Positions 20,091 to 29,417 of a stretch of 64,000 nucleotides of DNA are shown one piece after another (the stretch's first letter is position 1; the number at the start of each line of letters is the position of its first letter). The notes under the pieces were generated by a model. The model did no database searches. It worked only from the letters and a program-made list of their open reading frames with translations, and was not told the DNA's origin. The DNA is taken from IMG/VR virus record IMGVR_UViG_3300029328_000212. One strand, 5' to 3'. Position numbers and translations under genes: made by a program. Origin of the DNA: a virus.

Positions 20091-20165
20091 TCCATATAAA
20101 AAGACGGGATTTTTCCCGCCTTTTTCGCACCGTCTACAGATATTTGCCCGCCTCATACATCTTTG

Positions 20166-20846
20166 TTAATACCTGATTAATTCTTCCGCCTCGCTGACAA
20201 TAAAGGTCCATGTTCTTGGATCATTGTCATCAATTTTTTCATTTGGCCAGAGGTTTTTAATGGTAGTGATAGCAGGATTATTCAAACGAACTTTTTCCCT
20301 ATATACCCTGCCGTCAGCCTTGAATATGTGACTATCTTTCAACTCGGTGAACAAAGTGTTATCAGGATAATCTCTGATGTCAGTAATAACTCCGCCAGCA
20401 TATTCAACGCCAAATGGAATACCAAATGTAAGCGAAACACCAAATGTCAGATATGATGACTGCATACAAGAGAATTTAACAGTCTCTTCTACAAGTGCCT
20501 CATATTCTTTAAAAGTGCAGGATTTGCCACATTCAACAACAGGGAATACTGGCGCTATTTTGTCTACAAACTGATCCATTATGTTAACAGCAAACATATT
20601 TTCTGTAACAGAATTGAATTTATAATCGTGTGTGTGGCCAAATTCATCGGTTGCAGAAAAATGACAGTGAATATTTTCACTATTATCAAAAACATTGGTT
20701 TCTCTTTCCATAAAAGCAGTACAATGAACCACTTTAACTTTATTTCCACTTTCATCAGTAAAGTCCGGCATATCTGTAAGTTCAAGAACATATCTCATTT
20801 TATTTTTTGCCAGTTTCTGAATTAGCAATACCTTATTGATTTCCAT
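20166..20846 (-). CDS. hypothetical protein (226 aa)
   Basis: ORF followed by terminator hairpin at 20095-20125; no motif recognised. Confidence 0.6.
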   Translation of the reverse strand: MEINKVLLIQKLAKNKMRYVLELTDMPDFTDESGNKVKVVHCTAFMERETNVFDNSENIHCHFSATDEFGHTHDYKFNSVTENMFAVNIMDQFVDKIAPVFPVVECGKSCTFKEYEALVEETVKFSCMQSSYLTFGVSLTFGIPFGVEYAGGVITDIRDYPDNTLFTELKDSHIFKADGRVYREKVRLNNPAITTIKNLWPNEKIDDNDPRTWTFIVSEAEELIRY

Positions 20847-20865
20847 ATCATTTTTCTCCTTTATG

Positions 20866-20895
20866 CAAAAGACGGGATTTCTCCCGTCCTTTTGT
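20866..20895 (-). terminator. rho-independent terminator
   Basis: GACGGGAtttctCCCGTC hairpin plus T-run on minus strand, directly after the 736-aa gene stop. Confidence 0.6.
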
Positions 20896-20900
20896 GCTAT

Positions 20901-23060
20901 CTACAGATATTTGCCAACGATAACATCAATATCACTTGGTTTTACATCGCAGTTATCATCAAGACCGAATCTTATGTCTGCTTCATCCGGATTGTCGGTA
21001 ATGACACCCCTTGCCTTAGCATTGAATGTAAACAGGTCATACAGATTAGGTTTTTTAACATCAACCATAGCCTTACAGGTAACGACTACTGATGGCAGAT
21101 TGCTCTCCACATTGATTCCGCCGTATCCAGCACGCACATGGTCAGCGGTAAGAGCCATGTCACACCATATGAGCACCCTCTCCCTAAGGTCAAAAATGAC
21201 CGGAATGCATGTGGTTGTTGCTGATGCAAGGTCCATTCGCTGTTTTACTGTAGACGGCTCAAAGATTTCCCCGCTCTTCATATCATTTCTCGTCATAAAG
21301 CCAAAAGCTGCATGCTCCATTTTCGAGAAATTCTCATCTGAAAAATTGTACACGTTAAATGCCGCATATCTCGCACCTGCAGATAAAGCTTTCTCAATAT
21401 CAAGGTCGATAAACTCAGCCACACCTTCTCCGTCAACAGGTCCGCCATTTGTAATGTCACCAGAGTGGCAGATTCCAAACCTACTTGACTTGAGATTTGT
21501 ATATGATACATGCTCAAGACAATCCCAGTTGTCAGCAAAAACTGCTACTGACAGGTCAACATCAATAATATTATCCTTGGTATTAGTCCACCAGATGAAT
21601 GGTCTGATAATCTTTGCACTGTCGTCTATTGCAATACGTGACCCTCTTGAAACAGCAGTCATTGTCTTGCCTGCACTTCTTAAGGAGAATGGAACTGTAT
21701 AATTCTTAAGAGCTTCATCAATATATACCTTTCCAAGGAACTCTCTGTTTCCATATATATTAACAAGAGTACTCTCACAGACAGCAATAACCATTTTCAT
21801 CACATCCTCAGGAATAGTTTTTGTTTTGTTATTCTTGACATAGTATGATCTCGCAAGATTTCCCTTTGGAAAGAAAACTCTCATGTCATCACTGCCATCA
21901 AGCTTATTGATAAAATGCTCCCTCACCTGCAAAAGCACTGTAGAAGATACATCTTTTGCAACAGAAGCAAAGCTCATGATAACAGCTTTTCTGTCAGCAT
22001 CCTTGTCAAATGTGCGAAGAAGAAAATCAATTCTCCTTGCAAACTCTCCCGGGCGCTTCTTAAGCAAGGAAACAACGGTGTTTACATCACCTGACGCAAC
22101 GGCTGCATCCACTCTGCCTGCAAACGACTTAATTTTACCATCATTTCTTATGACACCAAATGCCTGAACAGCTTTTGTATAGCGCTCATTCTTAGCAAAC
22201 TCACCCGGGTGCAGTTTTTCGCCTACACGGATCCATCTTCCGGCATATCTGCTCATATCCTCAGCTGCATTTCCACAGCCTGCAAGCAGGTTCATGATAA
22301 TTCTGCGCTCGCCTCTCTTTAAGTTTCTGAACTTAGTGTTTTCTGCAAGACTGACGTCACCATCAGACATTGCTGTAACAAGGCGCAGTACATCAGTTGC
22401 AGTTTTTATGTATTTTCTGCATAAATAGCCATCTGTGTCAACACCAGTATCAACAAGCAGTCTGCATACGCACGCAGCATTCTCCTTAAACGGAATTTCA
22501 TCTGGCAGAGTAACCTTTGCTGAATTTAAAATAAAGATCATGTCCTCAACATCACTCTTTGAAAGAGATGTCTTTGATGCACAGAGATTGTTAAAGATGT
22601 CATTTAAGTCATCAAACGAACCTGCCTCAAGCACCTTAACCTTTGCAACGTTAAAAAGAGGTACTCTCTCCTTTTTCTCCTCATAAGGCAGAAGGGTGCC
22701 AAAAGACCAGTAATGAACGATAGCATTGAAATACAGTTCAAAATCATCTTTCTCCATGACAGACTCAGGGAAATTAGGATACATTGGATTGTACACCCTG
22801 TCAGCACCGGTGATTTCCTTAAGTCCGTTTACAAGGGTATTATACATCACTTCACGGTTCTTAGCTTTCATGTGCACAAGCTTGTCAAAAAGAGCCTCTG
22901 ACATTGTATAGCCAAAGACTTCTATGTTCTTATTCATTGTTGCAACAATCTGCTTATTCTTTTCACCGACTGCAGCAGAAAGAGATTTAAGCATATCGTC
23001 ATCGTTAATGAACACTCTGTTTTTTCTTCTTAAAATGATGTTAAATACTGAATTTTCCAT
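20901..23060 (-). CDS. large hypothetical protein (about 720 aa)
   Basis: Long uninterrupted ORF; probable start MENSVFNIIL at 23060 with GGAGAAAAA RBS; no confidently recognisable catalytic motif. Confidence 0.7.
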   Translation of the reverse strand: MENSVFNIILRRKNRVFINDDDMLKSLSAAVGEKNKQIVATMNKNIEVFGYTMSEALFDKLVHMKAKNREVMYNTLVNGLKEITGADRVYNPMYPNFPESVMEKDDFELYFNAIVHYWSFGTLLPYEEKKERVPLFNVAKVKVLEAGSFDDLNDIFNNLCASKTSLSKSDVEDMIFILNSAKVTLPDEIPFKENAACVCRLLVDTGVDTDGYLCRKYIKTATDVLRLVTAMSDGDVSLAENTKFRNLKRGERRIIMNLLAGCGNAAEDMSRYAGRWIRVGEKLHPGEFAKNERYTKAVQAFGVIRNDGKIKSFAGRVDAAVASGDVNTVVSLLKKRPGEFARRIDFLLRTFDKDADRKAVIMSFASVAKDVSSTVLLQVREHFINKLDGSDDMRVFFPKGNLARSYYVKNNKTKTIPEDVMKMVIAVCESTLVNIYGNREFLGKVYIDEALKNYTVPFSLRSAGKTMTAVSRGSRIAIDDSAKIIRPFIWWTNTKDNIIDVDLSVAVFADNWDCLEHVSYTNLKSSRFGICHSGDITNGGPVDGEGVAEFIDLDIEKALSAGARYAAFNVYNFSDENFSKMEHAAFGFMTRNDMKSGEIFEPSTVKQRMDLASATTTCIPVIFDLRERVLIWCDMALTADHVRAGYGGINVESNLPSVVVTCKAMVDVKKPNLYDLFTFNAKARGVITDNPDEADIRFGLDDNCDVKPSDIDVIVGKYL

Positions 23061-23536
23061 AATGAATTTTTCTCCTTTGATAAAAACTGGGAATTGACAG
23101 CAGTACATCAACTATCTCGGCTGACCAAAATCAGCCAAACGAGATATACCATATTATAGAAGGAACTGCTGTCATATCCGGTTCCGCAGTAATCGTCGCA
23201 ACTGAAATCAACTTATAAGGTCCAAGAAGAAGGAAGCTGCAACATATCTGCTTTTGAATTATTATGTTCCGGAAGTTATCAACACTAGATGATCTGCTAT
23301 TTGTTTTATAATTAAGAAGGAAGTCTTAATATAGCCGGAACAAAGACTGTGGCAATCGCGTCAGGTAATTTATAAATGATCCATATGTATTCGTAGAAGG
23401 AACCTGACGCATAAGCAAACGTCTGCATTATTTGCCGTTATAATGAGCTTAATGCAGACAATGTTTTGCTTTTCCGCAATCGTAAAAAATATCCAGTACC
23501 GAAACAGTCGGTAGGCAGTTTTAGTACTGGATAAAA

Positions 23537-23610
23537 TGCGCCCGGAAGGACTCGAACCTTCGACCGTCCGGTTATGAGCCGGATGCTCTAACCAATTGAG
23601 CTATGGGCAC
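23537..23610 (-). tRNA. tRNA with CAU anticodon, most similar to tRNA-Ile2 (lysidine) type
   Basis: Reverse complement GTGCCCA TA GCTC AATTGGTTA GAGC A TCCGG CTCATAA CCGGA CGGTC GAAGG TTCGAGT CCTTC CGGGCGC A folds as cloverleaf (one A7.C66 mismatch); D-arm, anticodon stem-loop and variable loop closely resemble Bacillus tRNA-Ile2. Confidence 0.7.
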
Positions 23611-23797
23611 TAAATGTCCGGAATCAAAAATAGTCGGCAGACGCTTTTCTCATCCAGACAAAATCTCCCTGCAGGAACTGCACCTGCAATGCTGCTCTGA
23701 TGGCAGATGGGAGACGAAGCAGCTTAGCCCTGCTTCTTTTATAATTATGAGGTTTTTATGAGTCTGCCACCGCAAAAGAATGGAAACAATGGCAGAA

Positions 23798-23871
23798 TGA
23801 CTCCGGCGGGAATTGAACCCGCGTCACAGCCTTGAAAGGGCCGTATCACTAACCAGCTAGACCACGGAGCC
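23798..23871 (-). tRNA. tRNA-Glu (UUC)
   Basis: GGCTCCG TG GTCT AGCTGGTTA GTGA T ACGGC CCTTTCAAGG... anticodon loop CTTTCAA, T-arm GCGGGTTCAATTCCCGC, acceptor pairs including one G-U. Confidence 0.75.
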
Positions 23872-23944
23872 ATGCGTGGCAGCATTGCTGTCACGTTGTA
23901 CATATTTGAAAGGTTGCTTATGTTGCACAGGATTTCCCATGCAG

Positions 23945-24016
23945 CAGAAAGATTGGGATTTGAACCCAAATTTGTGGTTTTGGAGACCACTGTGCTACCA
24001 CTTACACTATCCTTCT
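23945..24016 (-). tRNA. tRNA-Trp (CCA)
   Basis: AGAAGGA TA GTGT AAGTGGTA GCAC A GTGGT CTCCAAA ACCAC AAAT TTGGG TTCAAAT CCCAA TCTTTCT G; anticodon CCA. Confidence 0.75.
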
Positions 24017-24038
24017 ATTTTCCCGGTCATGCCGGATA

Positions 24039-24336
24039 TGGAGCTGACGGGAATCGAACCCGTGTCCAGAATTAGTACTCATACAGAACCTTTACGCCGT
24101 TTTTGCGCCTGTAGTCCAGTCTAGCCCACCACTCTGTTCCTATGTATACAGAGAACTTCTAACACGCTTGTTTTTGAACCTCAGCCCCTACCAGCATTAT
24201 CTTGGAACGTTTTGGTGCAGCCATTAGGCTGCTGCTAAACATCTATTGTTTGCGTTTAATTTTAAGTTTTGATGATTGCGTCATCACTCGGGCGAATTCT
24301 GCACTTTTGTAACCCTGTCGAAACCTTTACAACCCC
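24039..24336 (-). ncRNA. ssrA: tmRNA (ssrA), compact ~298 nt
   Basis: 5' GGGGTTGTAAAGGTTTCGACAGGG (conserved tmRNA box GATTCGACGGG-like) and 3' tRNA-like end GGACACGGGTTCGATTCCCGTCAGCTCCA with acceptor pairing to the 5' end; internal frame GCA AAC AAT AGA TGT TTA GCA GCA GCC TAA gives candidate tag ANNRCLAAA. Confidence 0.7.
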
Positions 24337-24361
24337 GGATGTAAAGCTTTTTAAGGCTTAG

Positions 24362-24433
24362 TTGCAGGAGCGGGATTTGAACCCGCATTCCAAAGGTTAT
24401 GAGCCTTGGGGTTAGCCGTTAACGTATCCTGCG
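24362..24433 (-). tRNA. initiator-like tRNA (CAU) with non-canonical D-arm
   Basis: CGCAGGA...CTCATAA...GCGGG TTCAAAT CCCGC TCCTGCA A: C1.A72 mismatch and CTCATAACC loop as in bacterial tRNA-fMet, but D-stem and anticodon stem pair imperfectly. Confidence 0.5.
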
Positions 24434-24561
24434 ACAATTATGCCTCTTCTCGCCTCTCTGCTTCTCCCTGTCGGTTCTTCGCATAAAAACGAACTTAACG
24501 GACTTGACCGTGGGCATAGTGTGTTTTGTGTTTTATGTATGGCTCTCACCGCTACATCATA

Positions 24562-24603
24562 AGTATGATAGAAATATTTTTCATTTATGGCCTTCTATAT
24601 AAG
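24562..24603 (-). promoter_or_regulatory. bipartite promoter-like element upstream of tRNA/tmRNA cluster
   Basis: agtatgatagaaatattttt ... ggccttctatataag; a second AGTATGATTTTTATTTTT copy at 24648-24665. Confidence 0.55.
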
Positions 24604-24691
24604 TTTTTAAAAAGTATTATATTTTTCAGGCATTGTATACTGTCTTATAATATAAGTATGATTTTTATTTTTCTAAAAAACATCAAAATTC

Positions 24692-24723
24692 AAAAAAAAA
24701 GGATATAGCCATTAGCTATATCC
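24692..24723 (-). terminator. rho-independent terminator at end of cassette copy C
   Basis: Perfect hairpin GGATATAGC-catt-GCTATATCC followed on minus strand by T9. Confidence 0.7.
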
Positions 24724-24900
24724 TTAATCTGCGTTTTCTTATTCCTTTGTCAGTGTGAGTCCAATATTATAGCTTCCGCTTTAGCATCCGGTTGATAATC
24801 CGTTTTGGCGATTATATTATATACTATTATATACGCAAACTTTGTTAGAAGGTGTAATAATATTGTTACCACTTTTTGCTGTTATCGCAGCTGTCACGTC
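24700..24900 (-). repeat. 3' cassette copy C (truncated, degenerate)
   Basis: Homology to copies A/B over the terminal ~200 bp; coding part degenerates after VCVYNSI-stop. Confidence 0.7.
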
Positions 24901-25203
24901 AACCTTCTGCGCGGTAAATTCATTAAACATTGTAGAAGTGCCCGAATCGCTTGTATCTTCTGTCTCTGTGTTACCTGTTTGAATTTTTATATTATCTGTA
25001 TTAATACCTTTGTTCTTCAACGACCGCTTCAAATATTTTTCAAAATTGGTAAGGTCTAAATATATATCTTTCTGCATCAGCACAATATCGGCATTTACAT
25101 TATTTGAAGCAAAAACTGAGATTTCTTCTGCATTGACGTAAGAAAAAAGACCCATCATTTTCTGATGGATCTTTTTGTTTAGCATATATGCTGTGTTTTT
25201 CAA
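24817..25203 (-). pseudogene. small ORF (128 aa) fused to degenerate cassette copy C; possible remnant
   Basis: C-terminus VDVTAAITAKSGNNIITPSNKVCVYNSI matches the cassette module and then terminates prematurely; N-terminal part unique. Confidence 0.35.
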
Positions 25204-25247
25204 AAATCGTAAAATTTTTTTGGTTATACTCCGCTGTGTCTAAGCGC

Positions 25248-25520
25248 TTAATTGAGCAATTCCTTAAGTGCTTTTCCAGCCTTGAACTTAGGAGCCTTAG
25301 ATGCTGCAATTGTCATATCAGCGCCAGTCTGTGGATTTCTTCCTGTTCTTGCTGCTCTCTCAGATACCTCAAATGTACCAAATCCGATAAGCTGTACCTT
25401 CTCGCCTTTTTTGAGCTGCTCTGTTACTGTTCCAATGAATGCATTTACTGCCGCCTCTGAGTCCTTCTTTGTAAGTCCTGTTTTCTCCGCAATTGCTGCG
25501 ACTAACTCTGTCTTTGACAT
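25248..25520 (-). CDS. hup: DNA-binding protein HU
   Basis: [88 protein letters not shown]: canonical HU/IHF fold sequence, 90 aa, AGGAGGAC RBS. Confidence 0.9.
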   Translation of the reverse strand: MSKTELVAAIAEKTGLTKKDSEAAVNAFIGTVTEQLKKGEKVQLIGFGTFEVSERAARTGRNPQTGADMTIAASKAPKFKAGKALKELLN

Positions 25521-25577
25521 ATTTTATGTCCTCCTTTGATAATTCAGTGCCTGTAGCACATTTTTTCTTACACCATA

Positions 25578-25619
25578 AGTATGATAGATTTATTCCTTTA
25601 TTATGGCTTTCTATATAAG
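25578..25619 (-). promoter_or_regulatory. bipartite promoter-like element upstream of HU gene
   Basis: agtatgatagatttatt ... ggctttctatataag. Confidence 0.55.
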
Positions 25620-25685
25620 TTTTTATTATTTAAAAAATAATCTCCCAGCTTATTACCGGGAGACTATCCTTATATAATCCTGCTT

Positions 25686-26777
25686 CTAGTTAAGTCCAAG
25701 CGCCTCAACAATCGCATCCGTAAGCTCACCGTTCTTTTTGTCCGACTTTTTTGATGTCGCTGTGAAGCCGCTCTTACTATCAATCATGTCACCAATCTGC
25801 GCAGCATCTTCCTTATGTGCTGCATTCTTCGTCTCGCAGTGGTCGATTCTTGGCTTTTCAACATGCTTCTTTGCAGCAGGGCTCTTAAATCCCTCAACGA
25901 AACTGTCGCCTTCAACTCCGGCCCTGACAATGTTTGACGCAAGGTCAGCTGGTACATAAATCTTTGTAGCATTTCCGTCAGCAACTTCCTTAAGAGCATC
26001 ATAGCCCTTGATTGTAACGTATGAACTTGAACCGATTGCATCAGCCATAATCTGTGCTTCATACGCCCTTGCTTCTGCAACCTTTCTGATTGCTTCTGCA
26101 TCTGCCTCTGCTTTTTTGATTGTTGACTCAGCCTGCGCTTCTGCAGCAAGGATAGCCGCTTTCTTGTCACCTTCTGCAGCTGTAATAATTGACTTCTGGT
26201 GTGCTTCAGCATCAAGGATTGTGGCTCTCTTGTTACGCTCAGCAGTCATTTCTTTCTGCATCGTCTCCTGCACCTCTCTTGAAGCCTGAAGCTTTTTAAC
26301 TTCTACTCTGGTAATTGAAATGCCCCATGGATCTGTTGCGGAATCAATTTCCTGCTTAAGCTGTGCGTTGATTGCGTCACGGCCGTTTAAGAGCTCATCG
26401 AAGTTTTTTGAGCCTACAATGCTTCGCAAAGTTGTAGTTGTAAGATTTTCAATACCAAATACCGGATCCTCAATGCCATAGTAATATTTTTGTGCATCGA
26501 ATACCTTAGAGTAAACTACGGAATCTACTACAATAACAATGTTATCCTTTGTAATCATCTGTGACTCTGGAAAATCATATGTCTGCTCTTTAAGAGATAC
26601 ATCTTTTCTGACTGCATCAATAAAGGGAACCTTAACATGGAGTCCTGCTCCCCATGCATCATGGAATTTTCCAAGTCTTTCCACAATCTGTACGTGTCCC
26701 TGATGTACAGTCCTTACATTTGCCAAAACAATTACTGCAAGAATAATAAGTATTACGATAAGTAACATAAATTTCAT
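25686..26777 (-). CDS. SPFH/band-7 (stomatin/prohibitin/flotillin-like) membrane protein
   Basis: N-terminal TM helix, then HVQIVERLGKF...IITKDNIVIVVDSVVYSKV band-7 core; long Ala/Glu-rich coiled coil EAQAESTIKKAEADAEAIRKVAEARAYEAQ. Confidence 0.85.
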   Translation of the reverse strand: MKFMLLIVILIILAVIVLANVRTVHQGHVQIVERLGKFHDAWGAGLHVKVPFIDAVRKDVSLKEQTYDFPESQMITKDNIVIVVDSVVYSKVFDAQKYYYGIEDPVFGIENLTTTTLRSIVGSKNFDELLNGRDAINAQLKQEIDSATDPWGISITRVEVKKLQASREVQETMQKEMTAERNKRATILDAEAHQKSIITAAEGDKKAAILAAEAQAESTIKKAEADAEAIRKVAEARAYEAQIMADAIGSSSYVTIKGYDALKEVADGNATKIYVPADLASNIVRAGVEGDSFVEGFKSPAAKKHVEKPRIDHCETKNAAHKEDAAQIGDMIDSKSGFTATSKKSDKKNGELTDAIVEALGLN

Positions 26778-27029
26778 CCTCCTGTTTTTTTTATTTATGC
26801 CTATATTATAAGTATGATAGATTTTTCATTCATTTTTTGTGCACAAAAAAAGACGCCTTATTCAGACGCCTTTTTGCTGTTATTCAGTTTTCCTTCGAGG
26901 AGCTTTTCAGTATTGTCCTTTACGTATTCAGCAAGCTCTTTTAAGATGTACGAATTTTCAACGTACTCATCAAGTTTTTCTGCTTTTATTTTTCTGCTGA
27001 AATCATCAGGCTCAATAAAGGTTTTTTCT

Positions 27030-27062
27030 TTTTAAAACGAAGAAAAAAGACCTGTCAGCCGA
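27030..27062 (-). terminator. rho-independent terminator of helicase gene
   Basis: AAGACcTGTCagccGACAaGTCTT hairpin followed on minus strand by TTTTTTCTTCGTTTT. Confidence 0.55.
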
Positions 27063-29250
27063 CAAGTCTTTCATCTTTGTTTAGCATCGCCTCAAGGAAG
27101 GTCTGCTTTTTATTTGTTTCACAGTTATAGAAAGCATGCTTTAAAGCTGTGTCCGTGGTGAATATCTTCACATTTTTCTTTGCCCTTGTTACCGCAGTGT
27201 AAAACCACTCCCTTGTATACATTCCGCAAAAACTGTTTCCCATACCGACAATAACAGATGAGAAACCACTTCCCTGCAGCTTGTGGCAGGTGCACGCATA
27301 GCCGTATTCCATGTTCTCAAGCTGTGACTTTTCAAAGTTAATATCCACAATCTGGTCATTCTGAATAAAGGCAATTGTTACAATGCCAAATTCTATCTTT
27401 TTGACAATGCCGATTTCGCCATTCATGCATGTTGCATTGTTTCCATTCTGGTCATACAGGTCTTTATATATGTTCTTTGTGTTAATCAGCTTATCTCCCA
27501 CCTGTATCTTGAGCTCGTCGCCCGACTTCTTTTTAAGCTTAAGCTCTGCTTCTTTTAAAATGCCTTTTTCTTTAAGTTTGTTGTGTATCCTTTCATTTAC
27601 CACAGCACACTCTGCTCTCATTGCCATGCATATCTGCACTTCGCGCAGCGAGTTATAATTTTCAAGCTCTGCGAAGAAATAATTTTCTATCGCATCCAGG
27701 CCGTAGTCTGCTTCTGAAATGTCTGAAAAATTATCAAGTATTTTATATCTTCCTTCAATGTCTCCCTCAACAACCTTGAATGAATAGGCAAGTATTCCAC
27801 TGTCTGCATCCTGACGGCAAGGCTTTGTAAGGTTTGAATATGTAAACTGCTCGGAAAGAAGAATGTCATGGAATATCTGGCATTTTCCGATAGGCGGAAG
27901 CTGTTTTATATCTCCCATCAGTATCAGTCTTGTGCCGGTCTTCACATGTTTAAGCAGTGTGAGAAAAATCTCTCCGTCAATCATCGTGCTCTCGTCAACA
28001 ATGATTACCTTTGCATTGTCAAAATTCTCATTGTTTGCCCCGAAATTTCCCATCAGCTCTGGAATGGCTCTGTGTATTGTTGAGCATTCCACTTTTCCAA
28101 GACTTTCTTTTAGATTTGCAGCAGCTCTTCCGGAAAGAGCACAGCCGTAGCATACTTCATGCTTAAACAGGCTTACCACGCCCTGCACACTGTATGTTTT
28201 TCCTGTACCGGCAGCTCCTGTAACAACAGAAAGTGCTGAATTTGCAGCTTTTTTCACAAAATCAAGCTGGTCCTCATTGTATGTAGTTAAATTATCGAGG
28301 TGTTCCTGAAGAACAGAGTCTGATATCCTCTCTATATTTCCGGCAGCTATTCTGTAAAGCTCTCTCATTATATCCGCTTCCACATTGTAAAGCTTGGACA
28401 GTGAATACACTTTCTGTGCTCCGGTGATGTTGATACACTTATGCTCAACCATATAGTTAATTGCTGATTTGACATAAGGCGAAAAGTTTGGGATTTTGCA
28501 CTCATTTACCATGGCATAAATCTGTTTTTCCCTCATATATGACCAGCCATATCTGTCCAGTGCCTGTATAAAACAGTAACGTAAACCCGCTATCATGCGG
28601 CGGCCGTCGTTGCATGGATAATTAAGGTCAAGCGCCTTTTTATCAATATCGTGGAATTTAATTCCATCTATATATGTCAGTGCATATATGTTTTTCTGAA
28701 TGGCGCAGACCGCTTTTGTAATGTCCTTGTAGAAGTTTTTTATCAGCTTAAGCTGCGGTTCTGTAAATCCATATTTCCCAAGTGCAAGGGTAGCCGCAAG
28801 AAGACTTTTCTTTTCATTGTATTTATCAATGATAATCTGTGCGCGCGCGCTTCCTATGCCCTTAACAGTCTTTAGCTCTTTCTTGGCCTCATCGGGCTCT
28901 TTATTTAAGACCTCTATTATTTTCATTCCATATTTATCACTGATTCTTTTGGCAATGTCGCCGCTTGTGATTTTTGAAATAAATTTTCTAATTCCGACAG
29001 TTGAGTCAAGGTCATCATATTCAAGGATGCTGTCTATGACATTAGTTTCTCCGTATCTGGAATCATTCTCTGTATGGTATGTAACATGATACTCATCCCC
29101 TGTTCTGACTGTTCCTGACAGCATTTTGAATTTAACGGACTTTCCTGTTTCGTCTGTGCATAAAAGCAGCGCAAACTCATCTTCCACATGCCTTACTCCG
29201 TATGGATATAAAATTTTCTCCAATAATACTTTTTTATATATTTGTTCCAT
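27055..29250 (-). CDS. RecD-like (RecD2/TraA-type) SF1 DNA helicase
   Basis: Walker A VVTGAAGTGKTY, Walker B IIVDESTMID, LILMGDIKQLPPIG motif, C-terminal ACTCHKLQGSGF (UvrD_C_2-type). Confidence 0.85.
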   Translation of the reverse strand: MEQIYKKVLLEKILYPYGVRHVEDEFALLLCTDETGKSVKFKMLSGTVRTGDEYHVTYHTENDSRYGETNVIDSILEYDDLDSTVGIRKFISKITSGDIAKRISDKYGMKIIEVLNKEPDEAKKELKTVKGIGSARAQIIIDKYNEKKSLLAATLALGKYGFTEPQLKLIKNFYKDITKAVCAIQKNIYALTYIDGIKFHDIDKKALDLNYPCNDGRRMIAGLRYCFIQALDRYGWSYMREKQIYAMVNECKIPNFSPYVKSAINYMVEHKCINITGAQKVYSLSKLYNVEADIMRELYRIAAGNIERISDSVLQEHLDNLTTYNEDQLDFVKKAANSALSVVTGAAGTGKTYSVQGVVSLFKHEVCYGCALSGRAAANLKESLGKVECSTIHRAIPELMGNFGANNENFDNAKVIIVDESTMIDGEIFLTLLKHVKTGTRLILMGDIKQLPPIGKCQIFHDILLSEQFTYSNLTKPCRQDADSGILAYSFKVVEGDIEGRYKILDNFSDISEADYGLDAIENYFFAELENYNSLREVQICMAMRAECAVVNERIHNKLKEKGILKEAELKLKKKSGDELKIQVGDKLINTKNIYKDLYDQNGNNATCMNGEIGIVKKIEFGIVTIAFIQNDQIVDINFEKSQLENMEYGYACTCHKLQGSGFSSVIVGMGNSFCGMYTREWFYTAVTRAKKNVKIFTTDTALKHAFYNCETNKKQTFLEAMLNKDERLVG

Positions 29251-29305
29251 AAAAAATTAACCTCTTATTAATTGCAAACCTCTTGATTCTCGTATTTCTA
29301 TATAC

Positions 29306-29347
29306 AGTATGTTAGATTTTCTGACTGCAAATGCTTTTCTATATAAG
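29306..29347 (-). promoter_or_regulatory. bipartite promoter-like element upstream of helicase gene
   Basis: agtatgttagattttctg ... gcttttctatataag. Confidence 0.55.
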
Positions 29348-29417
29348 AAACACACGGTTTGCATATAATACACACAAAAAAGGACGGATTTCTCCGCCCC
29401 CTTCTGATCTTCGTATC

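Noticed and set aside
20836-21702. 288-aa plus-strand ORF
   Set aside because: It lies entirely antisense within the long minus-strand 20901..23060 gene, is Ser/Leu-rich, and has no RBS. It is a shadow ORF.
20901-23060. Assigning the ~720-aa protein to a TROVE/vWA or DUF family
   Set aside because: Only a vague resemblance. No MIDAS or other diagnostic motif could be confirmed by eye, so it is left as hypothetical.
23745-24124. Short ORFs (81, 67, 82 aa) overlapping the tRNA/tmRNA cluster
   Set aside because: They overlap well-folded tRNA-Glu/tRNA-Trp/tmRNA sequences. They are RNA genes, not coding.
26840-26880. Terminator downstream of the SPFH gene
   Set aside because: The GACGCC...GACGCC elements are direct rather than inverted repeats, so no convincing hairpin forms.
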